A stretch of DNA of 64,000 nucleotides, from positions 7,373-71,372 of the forward strand of contig CAZRGZ010000004.1 in assembly GCA_964599775.1 (NCBI GenBank). Reading direction: 5' to 3'. The position numbers and the translations under genes are program-made. This DNA comes from an uncultured Candidatus Saccharibacteria bacterium (GTDB lineage: Bacteria; Patescibacteriota; Saccharimonadia; Saccharimonadales; Saccharimonadaceae). The notes under the pieces were generated by a model that was given only the letters and a program-made list of their open reading frames with translations, did not search any database and was not told the DNA's origin. Shown piece after piece: positions 55,536-63,819 of the stretch; position 1 is the first letter of the stretch; every line of letters begins with the position of its first letter.

Positions 55536-56321
55536 ATGGCAAGTCTATATTCTCCCGAAGATATTGCTGGCTTTCTTTTAGAAGAAAAGCTGGCTATTCA
55601 CGGGGTTTCGCCAGAAGTTTATACTCAGAACTTGCTGCTTGTGCAGGAGCTTGGAAAGGCTGCTACTGCTTCCTCAGATGCCTTACTTGCAGTACAGGTA
55701 ATTGGTAGTAGGGGTAATGGTACAAGCGGTCTTGAATCAGACCTTGACTTAGTGGCCGTAACTTTTGATGCTGATACGGCTGACGAAGATAGAGCTCGTC
55801 TTGCAGAGGCAGCCGAAGGTCTGGGCATCTCTACTGATACTGGTCTTGCAGCTCTTGCGAATGGAGTACACGACACAATACCAGCAGAAGGGCCTGACTT
55901 TATTTACTGGATTGACACCGAAACTCATAAAGCAAGTAGCTTATTTGAGAAGGGTATATATGCTTCGCCTAATCAACGGTTAGGGCAATTAGCGGTTACG
56001 AGTATGCTTGCTAGTTGTATGTCAGAAAGTATGGCTCAAGACCAGTGGAGTGATATCAGGAAAAGCCACGCATATACTTATCTAGGCGATTTGGGAAGAA
56101 TGCAAGAAAAACTAGTAGAAAGACTAGGGAGTGAGCAAGAAAAAGCTATTATGAAGGCGATTTCTAAGGATTTAATGCGTCAAAGACGTACGAAATACGC
56201 TATACCTAAAGATATGAGAGCATATCACGCTAAATTGGAAAATTGGGTTAAAAGAAACAAGGCTCAAGTGAAGAAGCTTTCTGGCTACGAACTCTATCAA
56301 GATGTTTTAAGTGAATTATAG
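55536..56321 (+). CDS. Nucleotidyltransferase-fold protein (pol-beta superfamily)
   Basis: GSRGNGTSGLESDLDLVAV (G-S-x9-13-D-x-D). Start trimmed to MASLYSPED. TATAAT at 55521-55526, only 9 nt upstream of the ATG, suggests a near-leaderless transcript. Confidence 0.6.
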   Translation: MASLYSPEDIAGFLLEEKLAIHGVSPEVYTQNLLLVQELGKAATASSDALLAVQVIGSRGNGTSGLESDLDLVAVTFDADTADEDRARLAEAAEGLGISTDTGLAALANGVHDTIPAEGPDFIYWIDTETHKASSLFEKGIYASPNQRLGQLAVTSMLASCMSESMAQDQWSDIRKSHAYTYLGDLGRMQEKLVERLGSEQEKAIMKAISKDLMRQRRTKYAIPKDMRAYHAKLENWVKRNKAQVKKLSGYELYQDVLSEL

Positions 56322-56703
56322 GTTAAAGCTCGATACGGTATAATATAGTTATAGGAACTGGACAACTTGACCCAGCCATTACTCTTTTTAATAGAAGAGG
56401 TACGCTTAGGTTCTAGACTACGCAGGGAGAGCTAATGACCACTTGAGTTCTCTAAGTGGATATGCGTTCAAAAATAGTATTGTACTCTGTTGTATTGTGA
56501 ATCCGATAGCCATCATCGCATAAAATTTCAATAGCGCTTCGTGAGGTGCTCGACGACCAATGCTTTTGTGTCGCTCATGTTTTTACTGTAGACTTTTTTA
56601 TTACGTTTTGCAACTGTGTTAGTTGAAGTGTCCGGTAAGCTTGTAATTTATTTAAATTTATAGTATAATATATAAAGGCTATCCCGACAAAGAAGGAGCC
56701 AAA

Positions 56704-57330
56704 ATGGCACAGAAGTTGGTGGTTGGCTGGGTCGACAAGTTCTTCCCCGAGCGCGGATTCGGATTCGTGTCCACCTCCGAAGGGGATGTGTTCATCCACG
56801 TCGACAGATGCCGCGAATTCACCGGCACGCCAGAGAAGCCCGGCATCGGAAAAACCCACCTCGGTGAGGACTGGGTTAGCAAGAACCTCATCCCCGCCCG
56901 GGGGCATGGAGGGCGCCGGCACGACTACTCCTACGTAGTCATGAAGGTCGTCCCCGGTCAAAAAGGGCCGCGCGCTGCGGTCTGGGCGGTGATCCCCCGC
57001 CGTAGGACGGTCGAGGACATCATGACGTACGGCGGCCTCGACAGCTACCTCGGCAAGGGGGTCGCTGTGCTGGCCGACAAGCCGTCCTCGCCCGAGGATG
57101 TGTGGGGCGCGCTCGCGGAGTGGTCGCTGCTCGAGGACTGCCTCACGCTCGTGCTCGAAGAGCCGAGGAAGGTGGGTAATGTTCGTGTGAAAGGCCCCAT
57201 AACACGGGTAATCAACTTCACGAGCATGGGGGTCCGCGAGGACTGCCCCGAACGCCTCGAACTCCTGTTCCGCCGGGAGGACGCGCCGTCGCTGAAGGTG
57301 GTCCTCTGGCGGCGGGAGCCGCGCAGCTGA
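56704..57330 (+). CDS. High-GC islet G: cold-shock-domain-like N-terminus fused to an unknown 140-aa region
   Basis: VGWVDKFFPERGFGFVSTSEGDVFIHV resembles the CSD RNP motifs. AAGGAG SD and AT-rich TAGTATAAT directly upstream. The GC jump starts at the ATG. Confidence 0.6.
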   Translation: MAQKLVVGWVDKFFPERGFGFVSTSEGDVFIHVDRCREFTGTPEKPGIGKTHLGEDWVSKNLIPARGHGGRRHDYSYVVMKVVPGQKGPRAAVWAVIPRRRTVEDIMTYGGLDSYLGKGVAVLADKPSSPEDVWGALAEWSLLEDCLTLVLEEPRKVGNVRVKGPITRVINFTSMGVREDCPERLELLFRREDAPSLKVVLWRREPRS

Positions 57331-57341
57331 TACGGCTGCCA

Positions 57342-57375
57342 CCGGAGCCTCAGAGCATCGACTCTGGGGCTCCGG
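57342..57375 (+). terminator. GC-rich hairpin after islet G
   Basis: CCGGAGCCTCAGAG-CATCGA-CTCTGGGGCTCCGG, 14-bp stem with one G-U pair. Confidence 0.7.
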
Positions 57376-57540
57376 CCTCAGACTAAGCGCTTACGATGTG
57401 AGCTTTTAGTCTAAGGATTGACGAGTGCAATTTTCGTGCATGCGGCGCCTACAATATACGTTGTGAAGTCATTCACATTATGCGGTATAGACAAACTTAC
57501 TAACTATGTATAATAGAACTATAAGCATAAGGGGAATACG

Positions 57541-57777
57541 ATGGCAGATGATTACAAAGTACGAAACTACCAAGACGAGCTCGACACCGATCCCGATAAA
57601 GAAGACATTATTACTGAAGAAATAAACGACGAAACACTTTCAGAATATACAGGGGTGCCCGAAAAAACGCTTGAGAAAGAATTTGACGAAATAGAAGCTG
57701 GCGATTCGCCACTTGGTACGCCTGATGATGTGCGCGAAGAGATTGAGGATAGGGACGAAGAGCTACAAATTAAGTAG
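57541..57777 (+). CDS. Small highly acidic protein
   Basis: 78 aa, D/E-rich, GGGGAATACG SD-like sequence upstream. Confidence 0.4.
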   Translation: MADDYKVRNYQDELDTDPDKEDIITEEINDETLSEYTGVPEKTLEKEFDEIEAGDSPLGTPDDVREEIEDRDEELQIK

Positions 57778-58264
57778 CAGGGAATTTTGTCGTTTTTAAT
57801 ACCTTGCGCTGATAGGGGTCTTCATTGGGGAAGAAATCTACTAAACTTAGAGCGTTAAAAATTACTTGGTCACCTTTACGTAGTCTTGCGTGTTTCTGCA
57901 CTGTCGCGTGGGGAAGAAAGCCAGTCTTCACGAATTGCGGGTTATTGGGTTTTAAGCCGCCTTGTTCGAATAAAGTAATCAAACTATTGTGCAGCTTTAT
58001 TAGTTCATTTGTCTTTTCAAGCAGTGTGACTCGCACCTGCTTTTGTGGGCCGAGCATTGTGTCTGATTTTGCAGTAGAGGGTATAGGTGCTTGATTTTTT
58101 GTGAATCGAGTTAGCTTTTCTGTCATGGTCGGCACGTCCCAATGGATAGCGAATACATCGATAAGAGTGATATGCAACGGCCAATTGTTGGCCGAAAACG
58201 ATGAGCCCTCTGGTATATCTTCCAGAAATTGAACAATAGTATATTTTTGGGTAAATTTTTCCAC
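57770..58264 (-). CDS. 2H phosphoesterase superfamily protein (LigT-like)
   Basis: Two H-x-T/S-x motifs (LHITL, PHATV) about 100 aa apart. Confidence 0.55.
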   Translation of the reverse strand: MEKFTQKYTIVQFLEDIPEGSSFSANNWPLHITLIDVFAIHWDVPTMTEKLTRFTKNQAPIPSTAKSDTMLGPQKQVRVTLLEKTNELIKLHNSLITLFEQGGLKPNNPQFVKTGFLPHATVQKHARLRKGDQVIFNALSLVDFFPNEDPYQRKVLKTTKFPAT

Positions 58265-58385
58265 AGCTTTATGTGAAATTATACGACATTTATTAAAAAT
58301 GTCTTGAAAACATAAGCAACTTTGCTATATACTAAACTTAGTCTTTAGTGAAAAGAGAAAGAGACAAACACTTTAAGGAGGGGAT

Positions 58386-60080
58386 ATGCAAATTGCAGGC
58401 GGACGCGTGTGTATAACTCGTAAAAACTTACATTTATGGGTGCTTGGCGCGCTAATAATAGCAGCAGCGCTACTGATTTTTAGCCCAAGTAAAACATGGG
58501 CAGTACCAAATCAGTTGGATGGTACGGTGTATTGGGACCAAAATGGTAACGGCGTACATGATGATGGCGAGCCAGGGCTGGAAGGTGTGGTAGTGCGATT
58601 TGGTTTCAATGTCGCCGCTACTACCACTGATGCCAATGGTAACTATACGCTCAGTGGAGTAAGCGGCAACAGCACTCTCGAGGTCCACAGTGGCTGGTTC
58701 CGTACACAGTGTAATGCGACGACTTGTCCAGCCGGCCCGGGTGTGGATAATGACTTTGCGGTCAATAATCAATTTATTCAGTTGACGGGGACTGATGCCG
58801 ATGTGGGAGGAACCTTCGATGTTGGGCTAGTGCCTGACCCTGGTAGCGATTATCCAATTACTGTTTATGACCAAGCTCGCCCTGTTGATATCGCAGCTCG
58901 ATTAAGCTATGAAGTCTCAGGGACTGGTTGTAATCAAGGAACTGCGGCAGAGCATTTATGTAGCCCTGGCGATGCCGTTCGTGTACGGGCAAATTTCCTT
59001 AACCAAGGAACAGGAGACATTAGCAATCCTGTCTTTGCCTTGCAAGTACCAGTAGGTCACACGGTCAATGCTTGGTTTGCAGATGGAGGCACTGCTCAGC
59101 CTGGCGCTAATACGGTGACAGAGGTGCAGCCCTTTGATCCTGCATTAGGTTACGGACTTTATCGGCTCAATGGCACAATTCCAGCCGGATCAAGCTCTTC
59201 GATGTACACAACCATATCGGTTGAAGCAAATGCCATTGGCAGTCCTACTCCGTATGCAGCGACCAGCCCTCGCGACAAAACAGCGGTACTACAAGTGCTT
59301 CAGATTGATCAAGCTGGTGATCCAGACTCTAACTTCTGTCTAGTGAGTGGGCAAGACTACGCCTTTGGGAGCTGTGATCTCAACCCACTTGGTCAGCACA
59401 ATAAGTTACTTCCGACTGATCACACCGATGGCGCAGACTGGAACGTAACTGGCACGCCAGAACCAAGAGTTGATTCGATGTCTGCAGCAATAGATAGCTC
59501 GTCGGTAGATATTTGTGAGCAAGATACGGTACAGACACAACTAATGGTTACCAATACCAGTACCGGTGATACGCCGCTTCGGAATGTTGAAGTTGCTATC
59601 GATATTCCATCTGGCTTGACGTTTGAACTGGCTGATAACCCGGGTTGGTTTACGGGGGGTGATGGGCGACCACATACCTTTGTGAACCTAGCACTCTTGC
59701 CGGATGGTAGCCAGACTATTCCGCTGAACTTTACCGTGAACGATGGCGTTACTTCGGCTGATAATGGTACGGCAGCACTGCAGATTACCAGTGAAATCGT
59801 TGCCTACGACACAGCTGAACTTGATGTAAACGATAATTTTACTCCCGGTAGTTTAAGTGGTACTTTAACATCGCAGAACGACATTACCGTCAATGATGAG
59901 AACTGTCAAGAACCAGAGCCAGGTCCTACCCCAGGCCCTGATAATGGCGGTGGCTCCACTCCTGCTGATGAGGGTGAGCTTGCGAGCACGGGTATGAACG
60001 TACTTACCCTTACAGTAGCTGCAGCGGGCCTCATTGGTAGCAGTGCTATCTTGTGGCGCCGATGGGCTGCTGGCCGCTAG
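58386..60080 (+). CDS. Surface protein with SdrD B-like / DUF11-like domains and LASTG sorting signal
   Basis: Signal peptide. GTVYWDQNGNGVHDDGEPGLEGVVV...TTDANGNYTLSGV. LASTG (59979-59993) is followed by a TM helix and a WRRWAAGR tail. AAGGAGG SD. Confidence 0.8.
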   Translation: MQIAGGRVCITRKNLHLWVLGALIIAAALLIFSPSKTWAVPNQLDGTVYWDQNGNGVHDDGEPGLEGVVVRFGFNVAATTTDANGNYTLSGVSGNSTLEVHSGWFRTQCNATTCPAGPGVDNDFAVNNQFIQLTGTDADVGGTFDVGLVPDPGSDYPITVYDQARPVDIAARLSYEVSGTGCNQGTAAEHLCSPGDAVRVRANFLNQGTGDISNPVFALQVPVGHTVNAWFADGGTAQPGANTVTEVQPFDPALGYGLYRLNGTIPAGSSSSMYTTISVEANAIGSPTPYAATSPRDKTAVLQVLQIDQAGDPDSNFCLVSGQDYAFGSCDLNPLGQHNKLLPTDHTDGADWNVTGTPEPRVDSMSAAIDSSSVDICEQDTVQTQLMVTNTSTGDTPLRNVEVAIDIPSGLTFELADNPGWFTGGDGRPHTFVNLALLPDGSQTIPLNFTVNDGVTSADNGTAALQITSEIVAYDTAELDVNDNFTPGSLSGTLTSQNDITVNDENCQEPEPGPTPGPDNGGGSTPADEGELASTGMNVLTLTVAAAGLIGSSAILWRRWAAGR

Positions 60081-60100
60081 AAATACTGACCTAATAAAAA

Positions 60101-60126
60101 CGACCGTCCTCAAGCGGTCGTTTTTT
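60101..60126 (+). terminator. Intrinsic terminator after 58386..60080
   Basis: CGACCG-TCCTCAAG-CGGTCG followed by T6. Confidence 0.75.
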
Positions 60127-60137
60127 GTATAGATAAA

Positions 60138-60857
60138 GTGTATAGTAATTATATGACTGAAGTTTCGCGCAAACAGAAACTGAAAGCTAAATTGCCACAT
60201 ATGATTGGCGGTGTATTGTTGATCTTGCTTATTGTGGCGCTTATTTTTTGGGGTGAACCACTTTGGGCTCTTTTCAGTAATCCTGATCGTGTTGAAGCTA
60301 TGGTGAAGGACGCTGGTCCGTGGGGGCCGCTGATTTTTATGCTCATGCAAATTGCGCAGGTATTTATTGCGCCTATTCCTGGGCAGGTGACGGGCTTTAT
60401 TGGCGGCTATCTTTTTGGGACCGCTTTTGGCACCCTGTATTCCATGATTGGTGCGGCGATTGGGTTGACGCTGATATTTGTTTTGGTGCGCAAGCTTGGT
60501 CGGCCGTTCGTTGAATATTTTGTTGACAAGAAAATGCTTGATAAGTTCGATTATATTGCCCGCAACCAAGGGGTTTTCGTGCTGTTTCTCATCTTTTTAC
60601 TTCCCGCTTTTCCAGATGATATTATTTGTTTTATTGCCGGTTTAACCAAGATCCCTATACGTACGCTCATAGTTATTTCCTTACTTGGTCGCTTCCCTGG
60701 CTATCTGGTGCTCAGTTTTGCGGGGAGTGGAACAGCAGATGGTAACATGCAATTAGTAATAGGGGTTGTGGCTGTCTTGCTTGTGGCTTCTGCTTTGGCT
60801 TTTTGGCAACGTGCTCGGTTGGAGCAGTTGGTGAAGCGACTGGCGAAAAGGAAATAA
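60138..60857 (+). CDS. TVP38/TMEM64 (DedA-related) membrane protein
   Basis: FIAPIPGQVTGFIGGYLFG and LLPAFPDDIICFIAGLTKIP motifs. Confidence 0.8.
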   Translation: MYSNYMTEVSRKQKLKAKLPHMIGGVLLILLIVALIFWGEPLWALFSNPDRVEAMVKDAGPWGPLIFMLMQIAQVFIAPIPGQVTGFIGGYLFGTAFGTLYSMIGAAIGLTLIFVLVRKLGRPFVEYFVDKKMLDKFDYIARNQGVFVLFLIFLLPAFPDDIICFIAGLTKIPIRTLIVISLLGRFPGYLVLSFAGSGTADGNMQLVIGVVAVLLVASALAFWQRARLEQLVKRLAKRK

Positions 60858-60890
60858 GGTCTGGCCGGGCTGAAATGATAATGTAGTTAT

Positions 60891-61565
60891 ATGGAAACAC
60901 TTAATTTAGCAGCACACCCCGATGATATTGAAGCAGTGCTCGGCAATGCCGTAACGCCATCAGATTATGCATTAGTAGCAACCAAAGGTGAAGGAACGAC
61001 GGTCAATTACCGCTCGGATGAGCAGTTTATTACCAAAGGCGGGCGTGTGGGGGAGTCAGAGGCTGGACTTTCCCGACTGGGAGTTTTACAAAGTAGGCAG
61101 TATTATCTTGATTTTCCAGATGGAGATCTGAAGTCTTTTATTCCCGAACTCGTGAATGAGATACTTCGAATTGTCAAAAGTAATGAACAGATTACCCATT
61201 TACGAACCTTGGGTGAGCGTGGCGTCGATGGACATCCTGACCATGAGGCAATGCATGAAGCCGCGCGTGAAGTGCAAGCGCGGATGAAAGGAAAGGGGCG
61301 ATATTTGACTATTCTCGCCGTTGATGAGCAGTTTAATGGTACAGTGCAACTGCTTATGACGCCCGAGAGGCAAGCACGTAAATTGGCAGCTATGGCGTGC
61401 CACCAAAGTCAGTTTTTGTTGTGGCGCACGGATGAACAGCCACGCAGTGAACACGGGATACCACTTGAAGACACCGACTTTATAGTAGATGCGGACTGGT
61501 GGCAGTCGTTTGGTGTGTTCCAAGCATACGTACTGCGCGGCGAAACCTACAATGAAATAACCTAG
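60891..61565 (+). CDS. PIG-L/LmbE family deacetylase
   Basis: AAHPDDIE and GHPDHEAMHEAA zinc-binding motifs. Confidence 0.7.
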   Translation: METLNLAAHPDDIEAVLGNAVTPSDYALVATKGEGTTVNYRSDEQFITKGGRVGESEAGLSRLGVLQSRQYYLDFPDGDLKSFIPELVNEILRIVKSNEQITHLRTLGERGVDGHPDHEAMHEAAREVQARMKGKGRYLTILAVDEQFNGTVQLLMTPERQARKLAAMACHQSQFLLWRTDEQPRSEHGIPLEDTDFIVDADWWQSFGVFQAYVLRGETYNEIT

Positions 61566-62350
61566 GCAAGATATTGTAATGTCGCACCGAGTGATGAATA
61601 GCCTTCGTTGAGCCCATCCAAAACAGCCATATCTTCGCCGGTGAGTTCAAAATCGAACACGTTTATATTTTCTTCAAGATGTGCTCGTTGATTCGCCTTG
61701 GGAAGTGGAATGACTTTATGCTGGAGATTCCATCGAATGATTATTTGCGCCGGTGTTTTGTTGTAAGTGCTCGCCATGTTTTGTAGTGTAATATTATCGA
61801 GCCGCGTGGTACGAGTGAGCGGGCTATAAGCCTGTATAATGATCTCTTGTTCGTTACAAAAATCATACATTGTCTGACTATAGCCAAAAGGACTCCACTC
61901 AATTTGGTTCACTACCGGCACCTCGCCTGTTCTGTCTATAAGTGCTTGTATTTGCTCGATGGAGTAGTTGCTGACGCCAATATCACGGGTGAGGCCTTCT
62001 TCTTTCGCTTGCATAAGTCCGCGCCAAAGCTCTTCGCCGACACCATCTGCTGGCGGGCGATGTATAAGCATAAGGTCGGCACAATCGAGTTCGAGCTCCT
62101 GTAGGTTGCGCTGGGTAGCCTCATAGGCGTTATCGGTTTCTTCTACTTTTGTTACTAAATAAAAATCATCTCGGGCGGCACCTGACTTTTTAATGCCTTC
62201 AGCAATCTCAGGCTGAGTGCCGTAATCGCCAGACGTATCGATCATGGGATATCCAAGCTCAAGTGCATAGACGATTGTGCCTGGTGTATTGTTTGTGAGT
62301 TGCCATGTGCCCAGCCCTATGACTGGTATTTCGTTGCCGCTGCGGCGCAC
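61562..62350 (-). CDS. Aldo/keto reductase
   Basis: GLGTWQL, IDTSGDYG, LMLIHRP, IPLPKANQRAHLEEN. Confidence 0.9.
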   Translation of the reverse strand: MRRSGNEIPVIGLGTWQLTNNTPGTIVYALELGYPMIDTSGDYGTQPEIAEGIKKSGAARDDFYLVTKVEETDNAYEATQRNLQELELDCADLMLIHRPPADGVGEELWRGLMQAKEEGLTRDIGVSNYSIEQIQALIDRTGEVPVVNQIEWSPFGYSQTMYDFCNEQEIIIQAYSPLTRTTRLDNITLQNMASTYNKTPAQIIIRWNLQHKVIPLPKANQRAHLEENINVFDFELTGEDMAVLDGLNEGYSSLGATLQYLA

Positions 62351-62574
62351 ATTGCCCAGGCATTGACCGAACGTGAAGACTTAGCAAAACGACTTGCTGA
62401 TCATAATATCCGCTATATTCTGCTTGCGACCGATATCAGTGATACGACTTTTAGTCAACTATCCGAAGTGGAGAACATAAAAACAGTAAGAAGGGGGGGG
62501 AACATTGACGCTATATGAAATTGTAAAGTAGTTTTAATGACAACGAATTAGTGAAAAAAATGACGAATACGTCG

Positions 62575-62592
62575 TCCAGGGTATACCCTGGA
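62575..62592. promoter_or_regulatory. Perfect 18-bp palindrome upstream of 62625..62918
   Basis: TCCAGGGTATACCCTGGA, 32 nt upstream of the ATG. Confidence 0.35.
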
Positions 62593-62624
62593 AAGAGTGA
62601 ATAAACATAAGCGAGGGAACTATT

Positions 62625-62918
62625 ATGAAAAGCATTACCCAATCGCTCTTAGATAAGAAAGCGGTATCAGGAAAGCTCATCTCTGGAGCAGTATTAGCGG
62701 TAGCCATGGTGCTATTTAGTGCGGGCATGGCAAGTGCGATGCACGATAAGCCATCGAAAGAGGACTGTGCACAGAACGGCTACAAGAACTATGGCCAATG
62801 TGTCAGCAATTTTGCACGTGACAATGGCAATGGCGGCGGTAACGGCTACGGTGGTGGTAACACAACCATCAACGTTGGCGGCGACTTGATCGTCGTTATC
62901 ATTAACTACTTCTTTTAG
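62625..62918 (+). CDS. Small secreted Gly/Asn-rich protein
   Basis: Signal peptide LISGAVLAVAMVLFSAGMASA, 2 Cys, GNGGGNGYGGGN stretch. Confidence 0.5.
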   Translation: MKSITQSLLDKKAVSGKLISGAVLAVAMVLFSAGMASAMHDKPSKEDCAQNGYKNYGQCVSNFARDNGNGGGNGYGGGNTTINVGGDLIVVIINYFF

Positions 62919-62937
62919 TAGTTAATATATAGCCTTG

Positions 62938-62967
62938 AAAAAGAGTCCCTTCAGGGGCTCTTTTTTG
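62938..62967 (+). terminator. Intrinsic terminator
   Basis: AAAAAGAGTCCC-TTCA-GGGGCTCTTTTTT. Confidence 0.75.
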
Positions 62968-62985
62968 GATACGATAGGACGCGCC

Positions 62986-63231
62986 TTAAATGGATAAATT
63001 TATAAAAATATCTCTGATGAAGTCTTTCACTTTCCCATCAAAAAATAATCTTATACCTAGGAGTAGTATTATAGTTCCTGGCAAAACTATATAGAATAAA
63101 GCTAAGATTTGTCCGCCTAAAAGCAAATATACTCCTAATCCGGTAAGGGCTAGACCAAAAAGTGATGTTGTTACAGCTAAAGCTATTTTCATTAAAAGTT
63201 GGTTTCTTAATTTACATATGTGAGAGATCAT
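62986..63231 (-). CDS. Small two-helix membrane protein
   Basis: 81 aa, hydrophobic. Overlaps the upstream gene by 20 nt. Confidence 0.45.
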   Translation of the reverse strand: MISHICKLRNQLLMKIALAVTTSLFGLALTGLGVYLLLGGQILALFYIVLPGTIILLLGIRLFFDGKVKDFIRDIFINLSI

Positions 63232-63751
63232 CCGCTGTAAGACTACCTGTTAGGAACTTTTCTGTGAGATCAATAGGTACACCATAGGCATAGAGAGGAA
63301 TTTGCTTTTGAGGAGGAAAATGCAATGTTGCACCGTGGCCTTTTATAAAGGCTTGAAACTCAGTATCGAGTTCACATTGTTCAAAAGCTGATGGGAGATT
63401 TGTGGTAGGCGGAAAAAGATTTGTTGAATGGTCAAACTGTACACCTTTTAGGTTGCTTTGAAAGGCAAAAAACATCCCATAGCTCTCATGTAAGTCAAGG
63501 TTTCTCGCGTCACATTTCCATAAGGACACAGGGAAAAACTTTTTACCTCGAAAACTAGCATTTGTTAGATTACAGTTATAAAAGCAAAGAAAACTTGACG
63601 GTATATCGCCAAGCTGGGTATCGGAAAGATCTAGGTCTTTTATATAAAATATTGACCCTTCTTGGCTGAAGGTATAGCGTATATAACGAAATGAATCCCA
63701 ATCTTGTGTTCGGAGAGCTTGGTATAGTTTTTGGGTCCATTCATTGTTCAT
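63212..63751 (-). CDS. Hypothetical protein, weakly pentapeptide-repeat-like
   Basis: DLSDTQL...CNLTNASFRG...CDARNLDLHES...SNLKGVQFD has loose A(D/N)LXX periodicity. Confidence 0.35.
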   Translation of the reverse strand: MNNEWTQKLYQALRTQDWDSFRYIRYTFSQEGSIFYIKDLDLSDTQLGDIPSSFLCFYNCNLTNASFRGKKFFPVSLWKCDARNLDLHESYGMFFAFQSNLKGVQFDHSTNLFPPTTNLPSAFEQCELDTEFQAFIKGHGATLHFPPQKQIPLYAYGVPIDLTEKFLTGSLTADDLSHM

Positions 63752-63776
63752 AATTTTAGTATACTATGTTGGGGGC

Positions 63777-63805
63777 GGGCCCTCCAGCGTTATGCTGGAG
63801 GGCCC
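63777..63805 (-). terminator. GC-rich hairpin after islet H
   Basis: GGGCCCTCCAGC-GTTAT-GCTGGAGGGCCC, 12-bp perfect stem. Confidence 0.7.
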
Positions 63806-63819
63806 CGAGGACGTGGGTA

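Noticed and set aside
56528-56578. A 16-codon minus-strand ORF, MSDTKALVVEHLTKRY, resembling the N-terminus of an ABC ATPase, possibly another gene remnant.
   Set aside because: It is too short to distinguish from chance. It is mentioned only as a possible additional decay fragment.
54516-57342. Long ORFs antisense to or overlapping the high-GC genes. Examples are 54516..54959, 54527..55057 and 56575..57342, and likewise 22366..22821, 22404..22658, 37241..37732, 42156..42407 and 42937..43248.
   Set aside because: They occur only where GC is very high, so stops are rare in every frame. Their products are Arg/Pro/Ala-rich and low-complexity. The chosen frames are the ones with G/C-ending codons, an SD sequence and recognisable motifs.
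62300-62518. 72-aa ORF overlapping the start of the aldo/keto reductase gene.
   Set aside because: It is partly antisense to a well-supported gene, with no SD and no motif.
22267-63805. The GC-rich hairpins after each islet as integron attC-like recombination sites, meaning the islets as integron cassettes.
   Set aside because: The hairpins share no common core (no GTTRRRY-type ends) and differ completely in sequence. They sit like ordinary intrinsic terminators. The islets are dispersed rather than arrayed, and no IntI gene is present.
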